A DNA stretch of 51,857 nucleotides from a virus. Lineage: Duplodnaviria > Caudoviricetes. The stretch's first letter is position 1, and every line of letters begins with the position of its first letter. The stretch spans positions 1-51,857 of the IMG/VR virus record IMGVR_UViG_3300042545_000475. One strand, written 5' to 3'. Positions 38,897-47,741 of the stretch are shown piece by piece. The position numbers and the translations under genes were made by a program. The notes below the pieces were generated by a model, which was given only the letters and a program-made list of their open reading frames with translations, was not told the origin of the DNA and did no database searches.

Positions 38897-39427
38897 ATGG
38901 ATGTGTCGAAGCTTAAGATTTATACAGGAAGGCTCAGGGATGTGAAAACATACCCGCCTGAAATTCAGGACAAGTGTGTCGCAATATGCAATTGGGCACC
39001 CCGTTGGAAGCGCCGTTGGGATCGCAGGTTGGCACCAAAAAAGTCGATGGGCGACCACTACGATTGGACCAGCTATGCCGAGGCTTTCCAGCGTGAGGTT
39101 CTAGCCAAACTAGACCCTAAGCAGCTGGCAAATGACCTTGGCGATGGCGCTGTGCTGATCTGCTACGAAGAAGCTGGTGCCGCCTGTCACCGCAGGCTTG
39201 TGGCCGAATGGCTAGAAAAGCACCTTGGAATTGAAGTTCCAGAGTATGGATACCCAAGAGAGTGCTTATTCCCGTTTGTGGAATCGCCTGATGACAGGTA
39301 CCCCTTGGAAAGCAGCCCGTGGGCTTGGCAGTGCTACCACTGCGACCATGAGGAAAACATCCGCCTCGACCAGAAGGTTGGCAAGTGTTCCAACTGTGGT
39401 GAATCCTTCAAAGTAGTTTGGGAGTAG
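38897..39427 (+). CDS. DUF488-family protein with a C-terminal Zn ribbon
   Basis: LAP...Y...F...L..LDP...VLICYE....CHRRLVAEWL; CYHC..CSNC. Confidence 0.75.
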   Translation: MDVSKLKIYTGRLRDVKTYPPEIQDKCVAICNWAPRWKRRWDRRLAPKKSMGDHYDWTSYAEAFQREVLAKLDPKQLANDLGDGAVLICYEEAGAACHRRLVAEWLEKHLGIEVPEYGYPRECLFPFVESPDDRYPLESSPWAWQCYHCDHEENIRLDQKVGKCSNCGESFKVVWE

Positions 39428-39431
39428 TAAA

Positions 39432-39653
39432 ATGATTGAATCTAATGCGAAAAAGGGCTCTGGTTGGCTTGGCATGTCCCGTAAAACTGGCGACAGGGTC
39501 ACCCTGTCTTTTGAGCGTAATGGCGAATGGGTGGTCATCAAGGTTGACTTCAATTTCATCGACAGGAACGAAGTGCGTTTGGCAATCAACGCCCCCCGCA
39601 GTGTGCGTGTGGCAAGAGTAGACCGAAAGGATATTGACACCAATGGGATCTGA
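39432..39653 (+). CDS. csrA: CsrA/RsmA-like RNA-binding protein
   Basis: L.MSRKTGDRV.L...I.V...VRLAINAPRSVRVAR follows the CsrA pattern. Confidence 0.75.
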   Translation: MIESNAKKGSGWLGMSRKTGDRVTLSFERNGEWVVIKVDFNFIDRNEVRLAINAPRSVRVARVDRKDIDTNGI

Positions 39654-39888
39654 AATACTGTCATACAACGACCGAGCAGGCACAACGCATTACCTACCAC
39701 CAGAGGTGTGTTTTGCAGAGTGTCACGCCTGTGGCATTGCCTGTGCCACCAATGTGAAGGGCCTGCCCCGCATTGCATGGTCACTGGCTGAACTGGCAGG
39801 GTATGTGCCCTGTGACAGGGTGCAGGGCCACAGGCGCCCGATCTGCCGCAAGTGCAACCGCCAGAAGGCCAAGCAGAAGTTTAGGTAA
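39643..39888 (+). CDS. Small Zn-finger protein
   Basis: CHAC...CRKC. Confidence 0.6.
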   Translation: MGSEILSYNDRAGTTHYLPPEVCFAECHACGIACATNVKGLPRIAWSLAELAGYVPCDRVQGHRRPICRKCNRQKAKQKFR

Positions 39889-39901
39889 TAGGAGACATGC
39901 A

Positions 39902-40225
39902 ATGGGCGAAGTTATTGTTTCGATTAAGCCTCCGAAGTCAGGCCGTGGGTTCTGGTGGTCTGTGAAGTACCTTGGTCGTCACAGGCTGGGTCATGAGCAG
40001 ACGCTTGAAAAGGCACAGGCCAAGGCTGAATTCCACGCCTCACGCATCACAGACGATGGTGCCAGCGTGGACCCCTTGACCGTAGCCAATGCCATGGCGC
40101 CGCTACGCAAGGCCAGCAGGGGCCTGTTCGGTGAAGGGCTGTGTTCGACCTGCAAGGCGCTCCAGCCCGCAACCATTCATGGTGAATGCCTGACCTGTCA
40201 CCGTTTGTCGAACGAGGACAGGTAA
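39902..40225 (+). CDS. Hypothetical protein with a C-terminal Zn finger
   Basis: AGGAG RBS; CSTC..CLTC. Confidence 0.6.
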   Translation: MGEVIVSIKPPKSGRGFWWSVKYLGRHRLGHEQTLEKAQAKAEFHASRITDDGASVDPLTVANAMAPLRKASRGLFGEGLCSTCKALQPATIHGECLTCHRLSNEDR

Positions 40226-40377
40226 GCCGTGAGGGATTCTTTCACCACCCATGTGATCGTCCGATCAGACAAGGCTGCGTGTTCCCGCAGCCGGTTGAAC
40301 AGGTCCGTCGGAAGGTGGGCGACGATCCGTGGGCTGGTGTGCCGGTCAATGTTTTTTGGCTTTGGCTTGGCTTTCAT
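40198..40377 (-). CDS. Ribbon-helix-helix (Arc/CopG-like) transcriptional regulator
   Basis: RIVAHLPTDLFNRLREHAALSDRTITWVVKESLTAYL; AGGAG RBS; divergent from the replication operon. Confidence 0.75.
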   Translation of the reverse strand: MKAKPKPKNIDRHTSPRIVAHLPTDLFNRLREHAALSDRTITWVVKESLTAYLSSFDKR

Positions 40378-40429
40378 ACTGTTCTCCTGCACCCATCCTA
40401 AACAGGGCCGGTGTGGACATCAATGGGTA

Positions 40430-40462
40430 TGTGTTGACACACAGGGGTTGGTGTCGTAGAAT
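40430..40462 (+). promoter_or_regulatory. Consensus sigma70 promoter of the replication operon, with operator-like TGTGTTGACACACA over the -35
   Basis: TTGACA(40434)-17 nt-TAGAAT(40457). Confidence 0.8.
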
Positions 40463-40521
40463 CAAAACAGCCGGGAGTTCCGGCGACAACTACGACGATT
40501 TATCACAAGGCGAACACTACG

Positions 40522-41451
40522 ATGTTGAATTTCAGAAAAGCTCAGAAGTCCCGTTCAAAGCTGCGTCTGGCCCTGATTGGCCCGTCCGGTTCTGGCAAGA
40601 CCTACACCGCACTGGCTGTGGCCTGCAATCTGGAGGGCCCTGTTGCGGTGATCGACACCGAGCATGGCAGCGCCAGCAAATACGCCGATCTGTTTGAGTT
40701 CGATGTGCTGGAACTCGACACCTTCAGCCCTGAAACCTATGTGAAAGCGATTCATGCCGCAGTTGCCGCCGGTTACAAAACCGTGGTGATCGACAGCCTG
40801 TCTCACGCATGGTCAGGCAAAGATGGTGCGCTGGAGCAGGTGGACAAAGCCGCAGCCGCAATGCGAACCGCCAACACCTTCGGTGCATGGCGCAATGTCA
40901 CCCCCCTGCACAACCAGCTGATTGATGCCATCGTGGGTGCCGGTTGCCATGTGATTGCCACCATGCGCTCGAAAACCGAGTATGTGCAAGAAAGGGACGA
41001 GCGCACAGGCAAGACCAGCATCAAAAAGGTTGGCCTTGCTGCGGTTCAGCGTGATGGCATGGAATACGAGTTTGATCTGGTGGGCGATGTGAACCTCGAC
41101 CATCAGGTGGTGTTTTCAAAAAGTCGGATTCCGAGCCTTGACGGTGCGGTGGTGACCAAGCCGGGTGCCGGTCTGGCCAAGCAACTGCTTGGATGGCTGG
41201 ACGGTGTTGTGCCGGAAGCAGCGGTGCCTGAGCCACAGGCAGAGGTGCCGGTTGCCGTTGACCCCATCACGCCTCAGCAAATCAAGCAGGTTCAAATTCT
41301 GCTCAAGGAGTTGGGGGGAATCACCGACGAATTGAAAGCGCACATCTACACCCAGTACGGTGTGCAATCGTCCAAGGAGCTTGACAAAAACAGCGGTAGC
41401 CTGCTGATTGAAGACCTTCGCCAGCGTGTAGCCCAAAAGTCACAGTCCTGA
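40522..41451 (+). CDS. AAA ATPase, Sak4/AAA_24-like recombination protein
   Basis: GPSGSGKT, IDTE.GS, VIDSLSH.W, EYEFD. Confidence 0.85.
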   Translation: MLNFRKAQKSRSKLRLALIGPSGSGKTYTALAVACNLEGPVAVIDTEHGSASKYADLFEFDVLELDTFSPETYVKAIHAAVAAGYKTVVIDSLSHAWSGKDGALEQVDKAAAAMRTANTFGAWRNVTPLHNQLIDAIVGAGCHVIATMRSKTEYVQERDERTGKTSIKKVGLAAVQRDGMEYEFDLVGDVNLDHQVVFSKSRIPSLDGAVVTKPGAGLAKQLLGWLDGVVPEAAVPEPQAEVPVAVDPITPQQIKQVQILLKELGGITDELKAHIYTQYGVQSSKELDKNSGSLLIEDLRQRVAQKSQS

Positions 41452-41456
41452 CCGTA

Positions 41457-41508
41457 GACGACTGCTGGCTGGTGCTAGCGTGCGAGGGTTCGATTCCCTC
41501 CGGTTGTC
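41457..41508 (+). ncRNA. tRNA-like mini-element (acceptor-like stem plus T-arm, lacking a full cloverleaf)
   Basis: GACGACTG/CGGTTGTC closing stem; GAGGG-TTCGATT-CCCTC. Confidence 0.5.
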
Positions 41509-41510
41509 AT

Positions 41511-41536
41511 GCCAGACCTCTACATCTGGCCTTTTT
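41511..41536 (+). terminator. Rho-independent terminator
   Basis: GCCAGA-loop-TCTGGC followed by T-tracts. Confidence 0.6.
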
Positions 41537-41569
41537 GTGGTTTTTCAAAATCTGTTTTTGGAGCATCCT

Positions 41570-43099
41570 ATGTCTGATCGAACTTGGACGGTTGAACAAA
41601 GCGCCATTTTTAGCGCCATTGCCGACACGCAGGACAATCTGACCATCAATGCGGTGGCAGGCGCTGGCAAAACGACGACAGCCGTGGAAGGCGCACGCCT
41701 TGCAGGTGAGGATGTGGGCTTCGCAGCCTTCAACACCCACATCGTCGGTGAACTGAAAACTAAGCTGCCTGAGACAGCGACAGCCGCCACCATGCATTCG
41801 TATGGTCTACGCCTGCTTGGCAGTCGGTTTGGTTCCACGGTGCAGGAACACAAGGCCCGCAATGCTTTGATCCGGTTGCGCCCAAGCTGGCATTTTGCCA
41901 GCCGCAAGTCTGGAAGGCTCTGCCTTGAAGACAAATACAATTCGGTACTGGACATCGTCAGCATGATGAAACAGCAGGGTTTCAACGAGGAAACCACATC
42001 CGAAACTATTGATGCGGAGGCGCTCAGGCAGGGAATTGAATTGCCTGATGGCAAGATTGGCGAGTCGATCCGGTTGGCAGCGGTGGAGTTGTACACCGAC
42101 ACCATCAACGACACAGATGGGGTGGATTTCGATGACATGATCGCCATGCCGATCCGGCACGGTCTTTTGACCTTCCCGATCTACAAGACCATGATGATTG
42201 ACGAGGCGCAGGACCTCAACCCGGCGCAGCAACAACTTGCGCTTGCGCTGGCCGAGCGAAAGATTATTATCGGTGACCCAAGGCAAGCCATCATGGCCTT
42301 TGCCGGTGCTGATTCAAATTCTTTCCACAGGCTGCGTGATGGTCTTGGTGCCACAGAGTTCCCCCTGTCGGTGTGCTGGAGGTGCCCCGGTTCCCACCTT
42401 GCACTGGCTCAAAAACTGGTGCCCAAGATTATGCCGTCTGCGAGTGCCATCGACGGTGATGTTGGTGAGAAAACCCAATTGCAGCTAATCCATTACGCAA
42501 AGCCCGGTGATATGGTGATCTGCCGCAACAATGCACCATTGATCAGCCTTGCTTACAAGATGATTGCCGCAGGCAAACCAGCCTATGTGCGTGGCCGCAA
42601 GATTGGTGAGGGTATCCAGCTTTTGGTGCGAAAGCTGCGGCCCAAGACGCTGATGGACCTGTCGGCCAAGGTTGACCAGTGGAGAGCGCAGCAGGTTGAA
42701 ATCGCCAAGGAAAAGACCCCGCACGATTCCAATGCCGGTCAGCAGTTTGAAGACCGTGCGGACTGCGTCATGACTTTGATTCAGGTGAGCCGTGACCTTG
42801 AACATTTAAAAACACAGTGTGCCAGCCTGTTTGCCGACACGAATGGCGGTAGGATCACTCTGTCGTCAATCCATCGGTCTAAGGGCCTTGAGGCCGACAC
42901 CGTGTGGTTTTACGAGCCCGGCTTGTGCCCATCAAGCCCGGACTTCCAAGAATTGAACCTGCTTTATGTCGCACTAACCCGTGCGAAGAAAAGCCTCTGG
43001 TTCGTCGATCATTCCGTTCGCCGTCTTCACGGCTATTCGGAGTGGGTCAGCAAGGTTGCAGCCGGTCGTGGCCGCAAACAGTTGGCCAGTTTTGTTTGA
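41570..43099 (+). CDS. SF1 (UvrD/Rep-like) DNA helicase
   Basis: AVAGAGKT, IDEAQD, GDPRQAI, SIHRSKGLE, YVALTRAK. Confidence 0.92.
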   Translation: MSDRTWTVEQSAIFSAIADTQDNLTINAVAGAGKTTTAVEGARLAGEDVGFAAFNTHIVGELKTKLPETATAATMHSYGLRLLGSRFGSTVQEHKARNALIRLRPSWHFASRKSGRLCLEDKYNSVLDIVSMMKQQGFNEETTSETIDAEALRQGIELPDGKIGESIRLAAVELYTDTINDTDGVDFDDMIAMPIRHGLLTFPIYKTMMIDEAQDLNPAQQQLALALAERKIIIGDPRQAIMAFAGADSNSFHRLRDGLGATEFPLSVCWRCPGSHLALAQKLVPKIMPSASAIDGDVGEKTQLQLIHYAKPGDMVICRNNAPLISLAYKMIAAGKPAYVRGRKIGEGIQLLVRKLRPKTLMDLSAKVDQWRAQQVEIAKEKTPHDSNAGQQFEDRADCVMTLIQVSRDLEHLKTQCASLFADTNGGRITLSSIHRSKGLEADTVWFYEPGLCPSSPDFQELNLLYVALTRAKKSLWFVDHSVRRLHGYSEWVSKVAAGRGRKQLASFV

Positions 43100-43131
43100 G
43101 TGTTTTTTTCATCACGAAAGGCGATACTACG

Positions 43132-43614
43132 ATGTCTAGTGAATTTTCAAACGATTTTTCCTCATTCGACAACACCTACAACCCGGAGTCCACCACCCGG
43201 TTTGTGAACCTCAACGACTTGCCGCAGGGCGAGTACGAGTTCCTGATTGAGGAGGCGAAGCTGGACCGGATTCCGTCTACCGGCGAGGCCATCGTGCGCT
43301 TTGGCCTGAAGATCACCAAGGGCCAGATGGTTGGTTCCAAGTTCGACCGAACTTATTTCTTCCGGTCAGAACAAAGTGCTAACTACTTCGGTTCCGATCT
43401 GGTACTGTTGGGCCTTCCAGCGCAGACATGGACCGCAGCCAATGGCAAGAAGTGGTCCGTGGAGATGCCCAAGGCGGTTCCAACCCTGAGTGGCAAGGCA
43501 TTTAAGGGGAACATCAAGGTGACCAACAAGGGATACCACAACCTGAACATTTCAGGTCTGATTTCGGAGGCCCCCAAGGTTTCCATGCCTGAATCGGATG
43601 GTATGCCGTTCTGA
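43132..43614 (+). CDS. ssDNA-binding protein (DUF669-like)
   Basis: LPQGEYEFLI N-terminal motif; acidic DGMPF C-terminus. Confidence 0.7.
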   Translation: MSSEFSNDFSSFDNTYNPESTTRFVNLNDLPQGEYEFLIEEAKLDRIPSTGEAIVRFGLKITKGQMVGSKFDRTYFFRSEQSANYFGSDLVLLGLPAQTWTAANGKKWSVEMPKAVPTLSGKAFKGNIKVTNKGYHNLNISGLISEAPKVSMPESDGMPF

Positions 43615-43643
43615 TTGATCGGAACGCACCAGTAATAATCTTA

Positions 43644-43687
43644 CCCGCAGACTTAGCGGCACCGGGGTGCAAGCCCCCGGCTGCGGG
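43644..43687 (+). ncRNA. tRNA-like mini-element/terminator
   Basis: CCCGCAG/CTGCGGG stem; CGGGG-TGCAAGC-CCCCG T-arm-like hairpin; T-tract follows. Confidence 0.45.
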
Positions 43688-43722
43688 ATGTTTTTTGGGT
43701 TTGGTTTATGGGGAGTTGATGC

Positions 43723-45804
43723 ATGGAAGACGATGTGAAGCGGTGCTTGGCGTACCTCAAGCGTTTCATCGCAAAGGATCAGGTGACCGAACTTCGTGCC
43801 TTCGGTGACAAGATTTATCTGGGATTCTTTGATGGTGAGCATCTGGAAGAGATGGCCCGTTGTGCTGTTGATCTTCAAATGAATTGCAGGGGGGTGTATT
43901 TCATTCCCAACCCGATTAACCCGGAGCTTCTGGAGCGCAGCAAGAACAAGGTAACCATCGCCAAGTCAGGCATGGGCACCACTGATGCGGACATCCTGAA
44001 GCGTGAATGGCTTCTGGTGGATGTGGACCCGGTCAGGCCAGCAGACTCAAATGCCAGTGAAGACGAGCGCAATGCTGCGTGGAATGTGGCCCTGTCCGTG
44101 TATGGGTCGATGGATGATTCGGATGTGTGCGGCCCGATCATGGGCTTTTCAGGGAATGGCTGGCACCTGTGCTACCCCATCGACATGCCAAACGATGAGG
44201 GGTCACGAACCACATGCCAGTCAATCCTGTACGGTCTGAATCAGCGATACGGCAATGACAAGGCCAAAGTTGATGTCAAAACATTCAACGCCAGCAGAAT
44301 TTGGAAGCTTTATGGTACGGTTGCACGCAAAGGGGAATCGACAGACGAGCGCCCCCATCGGTCGTCATTCCTTGTGCCATACAGTGACAGTTTGTGTGTG
44401 CTGCGACCAGACGACGACATCAAGGCCCACCGGGACGAGAACACCAAGTCATGCGCTTCCCTGATCTCCCTCTGGAAGGCCCAAGACGAGGCCAGAGCCA
44501 AGGTGGAGCGTGACTACCAAGCGGTGGACAAGGTTCGCAGGGCAATCGCCTACCTCGACAAGATTCCACCGGCAATCAGTGGTCAGAATGGCCATAGTGC
44601 CACCTACCATGTGGCCTGCATTCTGATTGAGGGCTTTGACCTCACGCATGACGAGGCACTGGAGGCGATCAAGGTTTGGAACGGCAGGTGTGTTCCACCA
44701 TGGACCGAGAAGGAACTGGTTCACAAGTTCAAGGATGCCGCAAAAAATGCCACCAACCGTGGGCACCTACTGAACCAAAGTCAACCACAAAGTTCCGGTG
44801 TGCAACCGGAGCTTCCACCTGTTGCTGAAGCGCAGGACGACGACGAGCCTGATGCCACTGCGGCTGACATCAAAGCGTCTAATATGACCACACGATGGGC
44901 GTGGAAGGGCTGGATTCAGTTGGGTGCCACCACATGCCTTGCGGCAGAGCCGGGTGTGGGCAAGACCCGGTTTTCCATGGACCTTGCACGCCGCATCTAT
45001 CACGCCCTGCCATGGCCAGACGGTGAGCCTGCGACCTTTGAGCCGGGGACCAAGACCCTGTGGATTCCGGCAGACGGCCAGTACGCCGAAATGTCCGATG
45101 TTCCAGAGCAGATGGGAATCCCCTTGGAAGCGGTGGTGATGAATGCCCGGAAGTCCAACCCATTCACAGGCACCAACCTCGACAAGCCTGAGCAGTTGCG
45201 TGACCTTGAGCGCCGGATCATGCGGGTGAAGCCTGCGCTGGTGTTCATCGACACTGTAGGCATGGTGACCGACAAAGCCACCTACCGCCCGGAGGATGCC
45301 AAGCAGGTCTTCAAGCCGTTTGCCGAAATCGCCCAGCGTACCGGCGTGGGCATGGTTCTGGTCACCCACCTTTCCAAGGGTGGCGAGGCGCTTGGCAGGC
45401 GCATTGTGGGTGCAACCAGACAGGTGATAAAGTTATGTAAGCCTGAGACGGCAGAAGAGAGCAGAAGAAGGCTATGGGTTGATAAGACTAGCACTCTAAA
45501 GCCACCGGCCCTTGGCGTGACCATGAAAGAAGCTTGCAACGAGTACGACCAGAACCCGCCCGAATTGCTTGGGGATGGGTCTGCTGGCGGCAATAACGGC
45601 GCTACAGGCAACATGATGCCCAAAGCCACCTCGTGGCTCAAAGAGATGCTGGAAAGCGGCCCCAAGCCCATTTCTCAGCTTGTAAAGGATGCAGCAGCAA
45701 ACCACCGGCTACCGTCCAAGGTCTTGTTTGATGCCTTGGACAACATGGGAGCGGAGCGTTACACCGACGAAAACGACAAGCGGTGGGTTAGGCTGTCTGA
45801 GTAA
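43723..45804 (+). CDS. Primase-helicase (AEP-like primase, PriCT-like domain, AAA_25/RepA-like helicase, C-terminal wHTH)
   Basis: LVDVD, FSGNGWH, WNGRCVPPW.EKEL..K, AEPGVGKT, VFIDT, LVTHLSK. Confidence 0.88.
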   Translation: MEDDVKRCLAYLKRFIAKDQVTELRAFGDKIYLGFFDGEHLEEMARCAVDLQMNCRGVYFIPNPINPELLERSKNKVTIAKSGMGTTDADILKREWLLVDVDPVRPADSNASEDERNAAWNVALSVYGSMDDSDVCGPIMGFSGNGWHLCYPIDMPNDEGSRTTCQSILYGLNQRYGNDKAKVDVKTFNASRIWKLYGTVARKGESTDERPHRSSFLVPYSDSLCVLRPDDDIKAHRDENTKSCASLISLWKAQDEARAKVERDYQAVDKVRRAIAYLDKIPPAISGQNGHSATYHVACILIEGFDLTHDEALEAIKVWNGRCVPPWTEKELVHKFKDAAKNATNRGHLLNQSQPQSSGVQPELPPVAEAQDDDEPDATAADIKASNMTTRWAWKGWIQLGATTCLAAEPGVGKTRFSMDLARRIYHALPWPDGEPATFEPGTKTLWIPADGQYAEMSDVPEQMGIPLEAVVMNARKSNPFTGTNLDKPEQLRDLERRIMRVKPALVFIDTVGMVTDKATYRPEDAKQVFKPFAEIAQRTGVGMVLVTHLSKGGEALGRRIVGATRQVIKLCKPETAEESRRRLWVDKTSTLKPPALGVTMKEACNEYDQNPPELLGDGSAGGNNGATGNMMPKATSWLKEMLESGPKPISQLVKDAAANHRLPSKVLFDALDNMGAERYTDENDKRWVRLSE

Positions 45805-45811
45805 TTCGTGG

Positions 45812-45965
45812 GATGTACACTTGTACGGTTTACGGTGCGTCCTAGTACGGTAGTTAAACCGTACAAGTGTACATCGCCCATCTTATCAATATGTTAAAAC
45901 ACACAATGTACACTTGTACGGTTTACAAATACTGTATACCCCCTGTTAAACCGTACAACCGTACA
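45812..45965. repeat. Inverted-repeat locus B (two units, 22- and 21-nt spacers); candidate replication origin
   Basis: GATGTACACTTGTACGGTTTA-N22-TAAACCGTACAAGTGTACATC and ATGTACACTTGTACGGTTTA-N21-TAAACCGTACAACCGTACA directly after the primase-helicase gene. Confidence 0.85.
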
Positions 45966-45980
45966 ACGACCGGAGCGCAT

Positions 45981-46235
45981 ATGAGAACACGGAGGCAAAC
46001 ATGGGAAGCGGAAGGGCTGTACGGAGACAGGCAGCGGCAGGCGAAGGAACTAATCATCGTGTACATACTCGACAACTCGACTTGTTTGATGAGCGGATTG
46101 AGAGCGCACCTGATCGGTCAGGGGTTCAGCGCACCATCGATCTACCGGGCAATACGCCATCTGGAGGAGACGAGAACAATAATTCGGAAAATCGACCCGA
46201 AGACCAAGAGGATCTTCGTGGAGAGCCTCCTTTGA
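45981..46235 (+). CDS. Winged-helix DNA-binding protein
   Basis: GGAG RBS; GFSAPSIYRAIRHLEE..I.R. Confidence 0.65.
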   Translation: MRTRRQTWEAEGLYGDRQRQAKELIIVYILDNSTCLMSGLRAHLIGQGFSAPSIYRAIRHLEETRTIIRKIDPKTKRIFVESLL

Positions 46236-46414
46236 TTCGGCACCCAGCCGAGGCGCAGTTGCATTTGCAGATCAAGGGCATTACATTCTCCCGCCAAGGG
46301 AGAGTGCTTGTCGCCTCTCCGGTCGAACTCATTGATGATTTCGACAAGGAACTGATCAGGTACTACAAGCCGGAGATACTGCTGACACTATGGTGCAACG
46401 AGGTGTTCTCCTGA
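46232..46414 (+). CDS. Small protein resembling the TubC N-terminal docking domain
   Basis: TTG start coupled to the previous stop; KGITF....L...P..L.....IRYYKPEIL. Confidence 0.5.
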   Translation: MIRHPAEAQLHLQIKGITFSRQGRVLVASPVELIDDFDKELIRYYKPEILLTLWCNEVFS

Positions 46415-46845
46415 TGACACAGGAAAAAAAGGTTACCTGTATTAGCTGCGGCAAATACAAGATTCATTTTGAGCGTGGTTGTTGTCAGGAGTGTTTTAGA
46501 CGCAGGGCGCAGGCCAAAGGGCCAAAGGGCGTACCAACCCCATGCGACCACTGCATTGTCGGCCAAGGGTGGACCAAGCGGCGCAGACTGTGCGACGATT
46601 GCTGGAAGGACGAAGCTGTGCGTGAATTTTACGGGGGTAAAGATGGGCTTGTTGAATCGGACAGGCTTAAAGAAGTTCCCCCACCAAAAATGCCTTGCAC
46701 GGCAGAACCCGGCTCAGACGAAAAAATCAAAGTCTTGTCCGAGCGTTACGCCAACGGCGAGTCCCTGCATCATCCCCAAGATAAGAAAGTCCCGTACTCC
46801 CCAGCCGGATTCGGGATGTTTATCGGAAAGGATCGGGTTATCTAG
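46414..46845 (+). CDS. Zn-finger protein with a C-terminal PGS.EK..VL..R...G..L.HP.D motif
   Basis: Four CxxC pairs; C-terminal motif that I recall from planctomycete proteins. Confidence 0.65.
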   Translation: MTQEKKVTCISCGKYKIHFERGCCQECFRRRAQAKGPKGVPTPCDHCIVGQGWTKRRRLCDDCWKDEAVREFYGGKDGLVESDRLKEVPPPKMPCTAEPGSDEKIKVLSERYANGESLHHPQDKKVPYSPAGFGMFIGKDRVI

Positions 46846-46846
46846 C

Positions 46847-47233
46847 ATGACGGCGTGGACGGTGGACCTGATTGGTATGCCTCCATCGGTCAATCGAATC
46901 TGGAGGTACGCCAGATCAGGGCGTGCGTTCAAGACGGCCATCTACAATCGATGGCTCAAATTCAATACCGATCTACTCAAACTGACCTTCTCTGGAAAGC
47001 GGTTTCCGCACGACAGATGCGAGGTCATTATTGAGATTGTCGGTGGTAGCGGGTGGTCGATGTCCCGTGACATCGACAACTGCATCAAGGCTACGCTCGA
47101 CCTGTTTGTCACGGCAGGCACAATCACCGACGACAACTGCCGCATCGTCCGACGAATCGCCATCACCTACAGCGACCCGGTCAAGAAAAAAGATTCTGCA
47201 ATCTGCCGGGTAACCATCATTCCAGCTGCGTGA
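46847..47233 (+). CDS. rusA: RusA-like Holliday junction resolvase
   Basis: PPSVNRIWR...RDIDNCIKATLD......DDN. Confidence 0.85.
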   Translation: MTAWTVDLIGMPPSVNRIWRYARSGRAFKTAIYNRWLKFNTDLLKLTFSGKRFPHDRCEVIIEIVGGSGWSMSRDIDNCIKATLDLFVTAGTITDDNCRIVRRIAITYSDPVKKKDSAICRVTIIPAA

Positions 47234-47243
47234 GGGCTTTGAT

Positions 47244-47741
47244 GTGGAAGAGTCAAGCTATTGGTACTCCAAGGCACGCAATTGCGTGATCAAGGCCTTT
47301 TCGGCATTCGCCCAAAGTCTTGCCACCAAGAAGCACACGGACGCTGTCAGGCGTGACCGTGAGTTTTCTGGGTTTGTTTACGCCCTTCGGCGTGAGTTGC
47401 TTGCATTTTCAAAGGGTATGGCAAACCACACTGAAGAGACTGAGTCGGTTCTTATCACTGTTGTTGAAAGTGTTCATTCGTTTCTAGAGGGCAAGTCATC
47501 GCAAAAAGAACTTGAGCAAATCCTGAAAACAGCAGACCTGTTTTTAGACTCCCCTGAATTCGACCATTTCACCACCGAGCCGGAGTGGCCAGAAGGGCCC
47601 GGCACCATGGAGGGTGTGTGTGGCATGTGCGGCGGGGAAAAGCCTGTCCGATGGCTTGTTGATCCAAGGCGAGACAAGTCAGAGGTCAGCGATCGTGACC
47701 CGTGGTGTATGCGGTGCTATTCCGAAAGGGGAGAACCATGA
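47244..47741 (+). CDS. Hypothetical protein with a C-terminal Zn finger
   Basis: CGMC...CMRC. Confidence 0.6.
   Translation: MEESSYWYSKARNCVIKAFSAFAQSLATKKHTDAVRRDREFSGFVYALRRELLAFSKGMANHTEETESVLITVVESVHSFLEGKSSQKELEQILKTADLFLDSPEFDHFTTEPEWPEGPGTMEGVCGMCGGEKPVRWLVDPRRDKSEVSDRDPWCMRCYSERGEP

Noticed and set aside
41457-41508. Functional tRNA gene or attP site
   Set aside because: Too short, only one arm besides the T-arm, no CCA, and no integrase in the genome
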